A DNA stretch of 56,672 bases from Patescibacteria group bacterium. Its GTDB lineage: Bacteria; Patescibacteriota; Minisyncoccia; Minisyncoccales; CG1-02-41-26. Made by a program: the position numbers and the translations under genes. The notes beneath the pieces are model-generated. The model saw only the letters and a program-made list of their open reading frames with translations, searched no databases and was not told where the DNA came from. Positions 17,102-24,929 of this stretch are shown in pieces (within the stretch, counting starts at the first letter, position 1; every line of letters begins with the position of its first letter). The DNA lies in assembly GCA_023474835.1 (NCBI GenBank), contig JAMCXQ010000005.1:1-56672 (forward strand), written 5' to 3'.

Positions 17102-18406
17102 TTAAACGGTTTGGCAATAATCGCCAAAGCCGTATTTTTCTTTGAGCAGGTTTATTTTTTCCACAGTTAAATTATAGTATTTGGCTCGCTGCGACATTTT
17201 ATATTCCATTACCAGGTCATCTATTGTCGGTTTGGCCAGCTCGGGCGTTTCGAGGGAGTTGCTGTTTTTGTTTTGGCGGCCCTGAAAAGTTTGCTCAATA
17301 AAAGCCTCAAGGTCGGGGAAAGACGCGGTTTCTCGGTTGTACTTTTTGCCGTATTTGGCAATTATTTTGGCGATTTCTTTTTCGTTAAATCCCAGTGCTC
17401 TTAACTGGTCAAATAAGTGCAGGGCTATTGACAGCTTGTCTTGGTTTAGGTTGTAAAAGTTTTCCCTCCCGAGCATAGGCTGATTTAAGTCGCATAAAAT
17501 TTCATAATAAGCCCCCATTGTTTGAGGGTCAGACCCTCTCTCGGCGGCGCTTTTCTCTAAAAAAAGCCATTTGTCATTTTGCATTTCTTTTTCTACCTCT
17601 TCTTTTATTTCGCTTTTATTTTTTATTGGCTGCAGATTTTTTACTTTTTTATACAAAGAAGGGCTTTCTCCTTTGGGAAATTGGCTGATGTTCGCCTGGC
17701 CTTCCAAAAGCTCGTTTTCTTGAAAATATAAAAGCATTTTTTTTAGGTAACCGTATCTTTCTTTTATCTTTGTTTTTTTGGCTGGGTTATTAGGGTTTGT
17801 TGCCATTAAAGCTTTTAATTGTTCTCGGTGGATATTTTCATGAAGTATAACAGCAGGCAGGGCTCCGAAGTGATTAAATTTCAAAAAATGTTTAAGCCGT
17901 GATTTCAAGTCAGCGGGGGTCTCTTTGAAAAAAAGATGCTGTTTCTCTTTGGGTGTTGAAGGGTTGCCGTAAAATATTTTAATTTTATCGTCTAGGGGAT
18001 TAAATGTCCCGAAACAAAGACCTTCTTCCCAAAATTCTTTTTGGTTTTTGAAGTTAAACGGGATAAACTCGGTTTCTGCGGAATAAAGTTGGGCAGATAA
18101 ATCAGGAGTTAACGGGTTTATGCCAAATTCAGCCATAGGCCGGAAAAAATCCCTCCACTGCACCAGCTCAAAAATATCTTTACACAGGGCGGATAATTTT
18201 TTCTGGCTTAAAGAATCAACAAACCGGTCAACGGCTTGCGCGTATTCTTTGAAACCGCCCAATTTTTCCAATAAGCCGCCAGCCTTCTCTTTGGCTGTTT
18301 TCAACTCTTCCCAAGACTTGTTTAATTCGTCTGTTTCCTCGCCGTTTTCTTTTTCGGAGCCTGCCGTTGGCCCTTTTTCAAAATTAAGTTTTTTGCCATT
18401 GGCCAT
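17102..18406 (-). CDS. Hypothetical protein with HExxH motif
   Basis: ILHENIHREQ; start placed at ATG 18406, just after the cysS stop. Confidence 0.65.
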   Translation of the reverse strand: MANGKKLNFEKGPTAGSEKENGEETDELNKSWEELKTAKEKAGGLLEKLGGFKEYAQAVDRFVDSLSQKKLSALCKDIFELVQWRDFFRPMAEFGINPLTPDLSAQLYSAETEFIPFNFKNQKEFWEEGLCFGTFNPLDDKIKIFYGNPSTPKEKQHLFFKETPADLKSRLKHFLKFNHFGALPAVILHENIHREQLKALMATNPNNPAKKTKIKERYGYLKKMLLYFQENELLEGQANISQFPKGESPSLYKKVKNLQPIKNKSEIKEEVEKEMQNDKWLFLEKSAAERGSDPQTMGAYYEILCDLNQPMLGRENFYNLNQDKLSIALHLFDQLRALGFNEKEIAKIIAKYGKKYNRETASFPDLEAFIEQTFQGRQNKNSNSLETPELAKPTIDDLVMEYKMSQRAKYYNLTVEKINLLKEKYGFGDYCQTV

Positions 18407-18410
18407 AAAG

Positions 18411-19820
18411 TCAGTTTTGTTTAATTGTCGGGCCTTGCGCGGTATCCTCAACCTCATAGCCCAGTTTTTCAATCTTCTTTCTTATTTCGTCAGCCAATTG
18501 CCATTCTTTGGCTTTGCGAAGTTTTTCCCGTTGCTCTGCCAAATCCAAAACCTCTTTGGGTGTTTCCCGCGCTTTGATTTTGTCCAAATCCAGGCCGAAA
18601 ACTTTGTCAAAGTCCAAAGCCAGGCCGTATTTTTCCTGGTTGGCCAAGTTTTTGTCGTCAAGCATTTTCCACGTCAAAGCCAGTGCCTGCGGTATGTTCA
18701 GATCATTGTTAACAAACTCCAAAAACCTTTCTTTATAGTTTTTGGCGCGCAGAGACCACCTCTCCGCAACTTGCACAGAGGCGGTCTCTGCAACTTTTTT
18801 GTAAAAGTTATTTAGTGCGTTTTGCGCCGCCTGCAAACTTTCAAAGCTAAAAGCCAGCTTTGAGCGATAATGCGCGCTCAGGCACAAATAGCGGTAAGAC
18901 AGGGGATTGAACCCTTTTTCTTTCAAAACGTCAACAGTCAGAATATTGCCCTCGGACTTTGCCATTTTTTCGCCCCGCATATTCAGAAAATCGCCGTGCA
19001 TCCAGAAATTCGCCATCATAATTCCATAAGCCGCCTGCGTCTGGGCGATTTCATTGGTGTGGTGCACCTGGATATGGTCAATGCCCCCGCAATGAATGTC
19101 AAAGGGCAGGCCCAGTTCTTTTTTGCTCATTGCCACACACTCGGTGTGCCAGCCCGGAAAGCCGATTCCCCAGGGGCTAGGCCATTCCATTTGCCGCTTC
19201 TGGTCTTTCAATGAAAATTTCCACAAAGCAAAGTCAGCGGCGTTTTTTTTACCCTCAACCACTTCCACCCGGGCGCCGGCTTTCATTTTTGCCGGTTTTT
19301 TGTTGCCCCAAAGAACCCCGTAGTTTTTTAATTTTGTAGTGTCAAAATAAACTCCGTCGCTGATTGTGTAAGTAAAGCCCTTTCGCTCTAAAATTTTTAT
19401 AATGTCAATTTGTTCTTGTATGGTGTCGGTTGCTTTTATCCAAACATTTGGCGGCAAAACGTTTAAAGCCGCCAAATCCTTTTTGAACTGGGTAGTGTAA
19501 AACTCCGCCACTTCCCAAACTGTCTTTTTTTCCCGGGCCGCGCCTTTTTCCAGCTTGTCTTCGCCCGTGTCCGCGTCCGAAGTCAAATGTCCCACGTCCG
19601 TGATATTCATCACGTGTTTTACGGAGAAGCCGTTGTATGCCAAAATTCTTTTGAGAAAGTCCTCAAACAAATAACTGCGCAGATTGCCGATGTGCGCGAA
19701 ATAATAAACAGTAGGGCCGCAGCAGTAAAGCCGGACATCTTTTGAGGGTTTGCCCTGAGTTTGGCGAAGGGGCTTAAAAATTTGCTTTTTGCGGCCAAGA
19801 GTGTTGTATAGGGTAAGCAT
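18411..19820 (-). CDS. cysS: Cysteine--tRNA ligase
   Basis: CGPTVY..AHIGN (HIGH), FPGWHTEC, KMAKSEGN (KMSKS); start placed at MLTLYNTLG. Confidence 0.97.
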   Translation of the reverse strand: MLTLYNTLGRKKQIFKPLRQTQGKPSKDVRLYCCGPTVYYFAHIGNLRSYLFEDFLKRILAYNGFSVKHVMNITDVGHLTSDADTGEDKLEKGAAREKKTVWEVAEFYTTQFKKDLAALNVLPPNVWIKATDTIQEQIDIIKILERKGFTYTISDGVYFDTTKLKNYGVLWGNKKPAKMKAGARVEVVEGKKNAADFALWKFSLKDQKRQMEWPSPWGIGFPGWHTECVAMSKKELGLPFDIHCGGIDHIQVHHTNEIAQTQAAYGIMMANFWMHGDFLNMRGEKMAKSEGNILTVDVLKEKGFNPLSYRYLCLSAHYRSKLAFSFESLQAAQNALNNFYKKVAETASVQVAERWSLRAKNYKERFLEFVNNDLNIPQALALTWKMLDDKNLANQEKYGLALDFDKVFGLDLDKIKARETPKEVLDLAEQREKLRKAKEWQLADEIRKKIEKLGYEVEDTAQGPTIKQN

Positions 19821-19893
19821 AGGGGGTAGGGGAAACGGTTGGACCATTATAGCTCCGTTTTGCTTTTTCGCCAAGTTTTTGTTAAGATGAGCT

Positions 19894-21000
19894 ATGCCAA
19901 ATTTAGTGTTATACCGCAAATATCGTCCTAAATTGTTCAGTGAAGTAATCGGCCAGGAGCATATTATAAAAACCCTTGAGGGCGCCATTTCCGAAGGGAT
20001 TTTTGGCCACGCTTATTTGTTTTCCGGGCCGCGGGGCTGCGGCAAAACAACTGTTGCGCGGCTTTTGGCAAAGGCGCTGAACTGCCAAAAAAGAAAATCG
20101 GGCGAATTTGAGCCTTGCAACCAGTGCGATTCTTGTTTGGAAATTTCAGAAGGCCGGGCCATTGATCTTATTGAAATTGACGCGGCAAGCAACCGGGGCA
20201 TTGACGAAATCAGGGAGTTGAAAGAAGGCATCAGGTTTTTGCCTGCCAAATCAAAATTCAAGGTGTTTATTTTGGACGAGGCGCACCAGCTTTCCAAAGA
20301 CGCCGCCAATGCCCTGCTCAAAACCCTGGAAGAGCCGCCCGGCCACGCCATTTTTATTTTAGCCACCACCGAGGCGAACAAAATGATTCCCACAATTTTG
20401 TCGCGCTGCCAGAAATTCGATTTCAGAAGATTGAAACTGGGGGAGATTGTCGGCCGCCTGGAAAGCATTTTGCAGCAGGAGAAAATAAAATTTGAAAAAG
20501 AGGCGCTGAGCTTAATTGCCGCTCACGCCGCCGGCTCAAGCCGCGACGCGGAGTCATTGCTTGACGAAGCGGTAAGTTTTTTCGGCCAGGACGGCTTGAT
20601 AACAAAAAAAGAAATCGAAGTTTTGCTGGGTTTGGCCGACATTGAAGCGGTTTTTAAGTTTATCGGGTTTTTAAGCCAGAAAAAAGCCAAAGAAGCCGTT
20701 GATTTCATAGCCGATTTGATGGAGCAGGGGATTGACATCAAAGAGTTTCTGCAAACCGTTATTATGTATTTCAGGGAAATTCTGCTTTTGCACATAGACG
20801 TTGGTTTTCAGGACGATTTGCTTTTCGGCTTGTCCGAGGAAGAAAAAGCAAAACTGCGCGATTTGGCAAAAAGTTTTTCCGAACAACAGACCAAGCAGAT
20901 TTTGGAAATTTTCACTGACGCGGAAAACAAAATGAAATACGCCACGATTTTGCAGCTTCCTTTGGAAATGGCGGTGGTTGAAATCTGTATTGAGAATTAA
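19894..21000 (+). CDS. dnaX: DNA polymerase III subunit gamma/tau (short form)
   Basis: LYRKYRP, GPRGCGKTT, EIDAASNRG, DEAH, TILSRC. Confidence 0.97.
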   Translation: MPNLVLYRKYRPKLFSEVIGQEHIIKTLEGAISEGIFGHAYLFSGPRGCGKTTVARLLAKALNCQKRKSGEFEPCNQCDSCLEISEGRAIDLIEIDAASNRGIDEIRELKEGIRFLPAKSKFKVFILDEAHQLSKDAANALLKTLEEPPGHAIFILATTEANKMIPTILSRCQKFDFRRLKLGEIVGRLESILQQEKIKFEKEALSLIAAHAAGSSRDAESLLDEAVSFFGQDGLITKKEIEVLLGLADIEAVFKFIGFLSQKKAKEAVDFIADLMEQGIDIKEFLQTVIMYFREILLLHIDVGFQDDLLFGLSEEEKAKLRDLAKSFSEQQTKQILEIFTDAENKMKYATILQLPLEMAVVEICIEN

Positions 21001-21042
21001 GTAAAGTAGTTTGGTGCCGGTGTTTCGGATTTATCGTCGAAA

Positions 21043-21144
21043 TTGCCGGGTCGTCTAATGGGTCAAAGCCAACTACTTGGCTTTGACGGGCGATTTAGGA
21101 AATCGCCCCCGATTTCCATTAAAAATCGCCCAGGTCTTCCTTAA
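21043..21144 (+). repeat. Duplicated tRNA-Gln 5' fragment plus one hairpin-element unit
   Basis: TTGCCGGGTCGTCTAATGG at 21043-21061 equals 21163-21181; GTCAAAGCCAA-CTAC-TTGGCTTTGAC at 21062-21087, then a second hairpin and AGGTCTTCCTTAA. Confidence 0.9.
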
Positions 21145-21163
21145 AAAGTTAGGCAAATTTATT

Positions 21164-21235
21164 TGCCGGGTCGTCTAATGGTAGGACGTCTCCCTTTGGA
21201 GGAGAATATTCTAGGTTCGAATCCTAGCCCGGCAG
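21164..21235 (+). tRNA. tRNA-Gln (anticodon TTG)
   Basis: Acceptor TGCCGGG/CCCGGCA; anticodon stem TCTCC-CTTTGGA-GGAGA; T arm CTAGG-TTCGAAT-CCTAG; no encoded CCA. Confidence 0.96.
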
Positions 21236-21280
21236 CTGATAGAAAATCTTGTTGCGAAGCAACTTAGATTTTCATCATCC

Positions 21281-21406
21281 CGAACTGAAATTGTTTTAAA
21301 ATATTCAGAACAATTCGAAACCTTAAAACAAGCCAGACACCGTGAGGCTGAAATCAAAAGCTGGCGCCGCGAAAAGAAATTAGCGTTAATGAGTCATGGC
21401 AAATAG
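21281..21406 (+). pseudogene. C-terminal remnant of a GIY-YIG (YhbQ/UPF0213-like) nuclease
   Basis: Translates RTEIVLKYSEQFETLKQARHREAEIKSWRREKKLALMSHGK*; the N-terminal GIY-YIG motifs are absent. Confidence 0.7.
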
Positions 21407-22502
21407 TAATCTTACTAACGCGAAACAGGCAAAGAATGATGAGTTTTACACGCAATATGGCGATATTCAAAAAGAGATTGAGGCGTATTTGGAATTTAAC
21501 CCAAATGTATTTCGGGGCAGGGTTGTGTATTGCAACTGCGACGATCCGTTTGAAAGCAATTTTTTTCGCTATTTTACGCTTAATTTCAACAAGCTTGGCT
21601 TAAAACAGCTTATTACCACAAGCTACAAGCCCTCGCCCGTAGCCAACACGCAACTGAAATTGTTTGGCGATGATAAAACCCTTACAAAATCAAAGGGCCG
21701 CCCCAAGATAACCGCCAATAAATTTATTATCAATGAAGTAGCTGATATGGACAGCGATGGCGATTTTGATTTAAAGGACATTGCCAAGCAGTTAAAGGCG
21801 AATAAGCACAATGAATGGACGCCGCTTGAGAAAGACGGCGATTTTAGAAGTTCCGAATGCGTAAAATTATTGAAGCAATCAGACATCGTGGTAACAAATC
21901 CGCCGTTTAGTTTGTTTCGTGAATACGTGAAACAACTTATTGAGTATAATAAAAAGTTTGTGATTATCGGCAACAAAAATTGCGTGACATACAAGGAAAT
22001 TTTCCCATTGATTAAAGACAACAAAATGTGGTCTGGCAAAACAGAATGGTCTGGCGGGTTATGGTTCGTAACCATGGATGATGGCGATGTAGATAAAGTA
22101 GTCAATGGCGTTAATATGAAGAATGTGTCTTCTGTTTGGTTTACCAACATAGACCACGGCAGGCGGCATCAGCCATTGCCGCTTATGACAATGGAAGAAA
22201 ATTTGAAATACAGCAAACACAAAGAAATTCAAGGCAAATCGTCGTATGACAAATATGACAACTACGACGCCATAGAAGTGCCCTTTACTGACGCTATCCC
22301 AAGCGATTATAGCGGCGTAATGGGTGTGCCCATCAGTTTTTTGGATAAATATAGCCCCGAACAATTTGAGATTGTTGGGATGGCAGAGGATAATGGCAAA
22401 GGTTTCTCTGGCGGAATTTGGGACGGCAAAAATCCTCACTGTGTCATAAACGGAGAAAATAAGTTCAAGCGAATTTTTATTAAGCATAAGAAAGTTAAGT
22501 AA
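21396..22502 (+). CDS. Adenine-specific DNA methyltransferase, EcoRI family
   Basis: KNDEFYT, YCNCDDP, GDFRS, VVTNPPFSLFREY, MGVPISFLDKY. Confidence 0.93.
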   Translation: MANSNLTNAKQAKNDEFYTQYGDIQKEIEAYLEFNPNVFRGRVVYCNCDDPFESNFFRYFTLNFNKLGLKQLITTSYKPSPVANTQLKLFGDDKTLTKSKGRPKITANKFIINEVADMDSDGDFDLKDIAKQLKANKHNEWTPLEKDGDFRSSECVKLLKQSDIVVTNPPFSLFREYVKQLIEYNKKFVIIGNKNCVTYKEIFPLIKDNKMWSGKTEWSGGLWFVTMDDGDVDKVVNGVNMKNVSSVWFTNIDHGRRHQPLPLMTMEENLKYSKHKEIQGKSSYDKYDNYDAIEVPFTDAIPSDYSGVMGVPISFLDKYSPEQFEIVGMAEDNGKGFSGGIWDGKNPHCVINGENKFKRIFIKHKKVK

Positions 22503-22508
22503 AAAAAT

Positions 22509-23018
22509 ATGGCAACAAAAAGACAAGTTTTTTACAGTTTTCATTACAAACCAGATTGTTGGCGAGCTTCCCAAGTTCGAAATATTGGAGCCATTGAAGG
22601 GAATAAACCAGCACCTGATAATGATTGGGAAACTATTATAAGAAGTGGCGATGACGCTATTAAAAAATGGATTAAAGATCAAATGAAATACCGATCATGC
22701 ACGGTTGTGCTTGTCGGCGAAAATACTGCTAATCGCAAATGGATAAATCATGAAATAGTTGAATCATGGAATGCAGGAATGGGAGTTGTTGGAATTTGTA
22801 TTCATGGTTTAAAAAATCAAGATGGATATATTGCAAATCAAGGACATGATCCATTCAATTACATTACATATGGCGATAGCGGTAAAAAATTATCATCAAT
22901 AGTAAAATGTTATAATCCGTCAGGAAGTAATAGTAAAGAAAGATATGATTGGATTTATCAATATATTTCTGATGCTGTTGAAGAAGCTATAAGAATTAGA
23001 AATAATTATTCAAAATAA
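22509..23018 (+). CDS. ThsB-like TIR domain protein (DUF1863/MTH538)
   Basis: VFYSFHY, CTVVLVGENTANRKWINHEI (catalytic Glu), GMGVVGICIHGL. Confidence 0.9.
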   Translation: MATKRQVFYSFHYKPDCWRASQVRNIGAIEGNKPAPDNDWETIIRSGDDAIKKWIKDQMKYRSCTVVLVGENTANRKWINHEIVESWNAGMGVVGICIHGLKNQDGYIANQGHDPFNYITYGDSGKKLSSIVKCYNPSGSNSKERYDWIYQYISDAVEEAIRIRNNYSK

Positions 23019-23021
23019 AAT

Positions 23022-23459
23022 ATGGAAAATCCAACTGAATACAAACATTGTCCAAATAAAATTGCACACTTGCAGATGATTCAAGGTGTTATTGATCGTA
23101 TGGCCGGAAATTTATTTTATCTAAGGGGGTGGGCGATTACGCTACTTGCTGGGCTTTTTGCCATTTCTACTTCGGAAGCGTTAAGCCTCGCAAAGTGGGT
23201 TCCGTTATTATTTTTTGTTTTATTGATTTTATTTTGGATTTATGACGGATATTTTCTTTCTTTGGAGCGTAAATTTAGAGGTTTATATGATAAGATTAGG
23301 AAATTTCCGGAAGAGGAAATTGATTTTTCAATGAATATTGGAGAATTTAAAACTCATGCTGACAAAACGATGTTTGCTACAATATTATCTCCGACGCTAT
23401 TAGGATTTTACGGCATTCTAAGTTTGGCTATGCTGGTAATTATTAAATTTATTTTATAA
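23022..23459 (+). CDS. Multi-pass (about 3 TM) membrane protein, candidate TIR-signal effector
   Basis: HLQMIQGVIDRMA..GWAITL, FWIYDGYFLSLERKFRGLYD; hydrophobic helices; 1-3 nt spacing to both TIR genes. Confidence 0.75.
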   Translation: MENPTEYKHCPNKIAHLQMIQGVIDRMAGNLFYLRGWAITLLAGLFAISTSEALSLAKWVPLLFFVLLILFWIYDGYFLSLERKFRGLYDKIRKFPEEEIDFSMNIGEFKTHADKTMFATILSPTLLGFYGILSLAMLVIIKFIL

Positions 23460-23460
23460 A

Positions 23461-24135
23461 ATGGCAAGAAAAATTTTCATTAGCTATAAATACGGAGATA
23501 CCGGCGTTCAACATATACCGCGCTATGGCGAATATGATGCAACGACAGCACGACATTATGTTGATGTTTTGCAAACAAAATTGGATGTGGCAGATCATAT
23601 CAATAAAGGGGAAAACGACGGCGAGGATATGAGTAAGTTTAAGGACGAAACGATAGAATCAAATTTGAGAAATAAAATTTTTGACAGTTCAATTACGATT
23701 GTCCTGATATCTAAAAATATGAAAGACCCCTATCTTGCCGAGGATGACCAGTGGATTCCTTGGGAAATTGCATACTCAATGAAAGAAATTACGCGCAACG
23801 GAAGAACAAGCGGAACAAATGCGATGCTAGCCGTCGTCCTCCCTGATGAGAATGGAAATTATTCGTATGTTGTAAATCACTATCAATGCGTAACTGTTTG
23901 GAATGTCGCATCTTTGTTTAAAATTATAGAAAGCAATATGTTTAATCGAAATCAGAAAAATTTAATTCGCTGCGTAACCTGCGGCGGTATTCATCATACA
24001 GGACAAGACCATTCATATATTCATCCAGTCAAATGGTGCGACTTCATTATTAACATTGATGGATATCTTAATCATGTTATTGGGCATCAAAGTAATCTTG
24101 ATAGTTTTGATATTGTAAAAGAAATAACGCATTAA
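23461..24135 (+). CDS. Second ThsB-like TIR domain protein
   Basis: KIFISYKY, SSITIVLIS, DQWIPWEIAYS (catalytic Glu), NAMLAVVLPD. Confidence 0.9.
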   Translation: MARKIFISYKYGDTGVQHIPRYGEYDATTARHYVDVLQTKLDVADHINKGENDGEDMSKFKDETIESNLRNKIFDSSITIVLISKNMKDPYLAEDDQWIPWEIAYSMKEITRNGRTSGTNAMLAVVLPDENGNYSYVVNHYQCVTVWNVASLFKIIESNMFNRNQKNLIRCVTCGGIHHTGQDHSYIHPVKWCDFIINIDGYLNHVIGHQSNLDSFDIVKEITH

Positions 24136-24145
24136 TTAAAAAAAT

Positions 24146-24199
24146 ATGAAAGCAATTTTAAAAAGCGACACTACTGTTAAAGATATTTGCGAGGGGTGA
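24146..24199 (+). pseudogene. 5' remnant of the DUF262-HNH gene
   Basis: MKAILKSDTTVKDICEG* versus [17 protein letters not shown] at 24930 (10/17 identical). Confidence 0.8.
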
Positions 24200-24233
24200 A
24201 AATTATAGGCAATGGCGGGATTAAGTTGGAAAA

Positions 24234-24264
24234 TTGAACTACCGAGGAATCCTCGGTAGTTCAA
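24234..24264. repeat. 31-bp palindrome
   Basis: TTGAACTACCGAGGA-A-TCCTCGGTAGTTCAA. Confidence 0.85.
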
Positions 24265-24297
24265 AAAACTTCGAATAAATTAGTTGAATAATAAGTT

Positions 24298-24699
24298 ATG
24301 GAGAAAGAAAATTATAAAAAAGAGTTTGATAAATGGAATATCCAAAAAAAGATTACTCACAATAGTGAAAATAAAAAAACTTTTCACGAACAAGAAATTT
24401 GGTTTATTAAAATTGGCGAGAATATTGGTTTTGAACAAGACGGAAAGGGCGAGGATTTTTTAAGGCCAGTTATTGTTTACAAAAAATTTTCAAAAAATGT
24501 TTTTTTGGGCATACCTTTAACAAAAGCAATAAAAGAAAATAAGTTTTATAAGGTATTTGATTTTCATGGAGAAAAAAGCAATGCAATTCTGTCGCAAATA
24601 AGACTTTTTGATTCAAAGAGATTAAAATATAAAATTGGAAAAATGAGTTCTGTTGATTTTGCTTCTGTAAAAGAAAAACTCATCCAGTTGATTAGATGA
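24298..24699 (+). CDS. PemK/MazF-family toxin, orphan
   Basis: EIWFIKIGENIGFEQDGKG..FLRPVIV, GIPLT, LSQIRLFDSKRL. Confidence 0.9.
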   Translation: MEKENYKKEFDKWNIQKKITHNSENKKTFHEQEIWFIKIGENIGFEQDGKGEDFLRPVIVYKKFSKNVFLGIPLTKAIKENKFYKVFDFHGEKSNAILSQIRLFDSKRLKYKIGKMSSVDFASVKEKLIQLIR

Positions 24700-24752
24700 G
24701 TTTTCCCTGTTTTTACTCCCCATAAGGGGAGAGAGTCCTAATGGACATTTAT
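24668..24752 (-). ncRNA. Predicted antisense sRNA overlapping the 3' end of the MazF gene
   Basis: Minus-strand promoter TTGACT-18-TAATAT (24788-24759); hairpins at 24735-24746 and 24716-24731; terminator hairpin at 24675-24704 with U tail; ends approximate. Confidence 0.45.
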
Positions 24753-24791
24753 ATTGTAATATTACCATATTTTAAAGTTAAAAGTCAATAG

Positions 24792-24902
24792 TAGGACTTA
24801 CGCGTTTGGGCATTTTTTCTCAAAAATCGCGTGAAATATGGCCTTATTTCGTGGCCTCATTGCACAAAAAATGGCTAAAACTGGCCAAACGCGTAAGTCC
24901 TA
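24792..24902. mobile_element. MITE-like element, 111 bp
   Basis: Perfect 18-bp terminal inverted repeats TAGGACTTACGCGTTTGG / CCAAACGCGTAAGTCCTA; TA ends; no ORF. Confidence 0.7.
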
Positions 24903-24929
24903 AATAGTTTAAAAAAGTGAAAAAACAAT

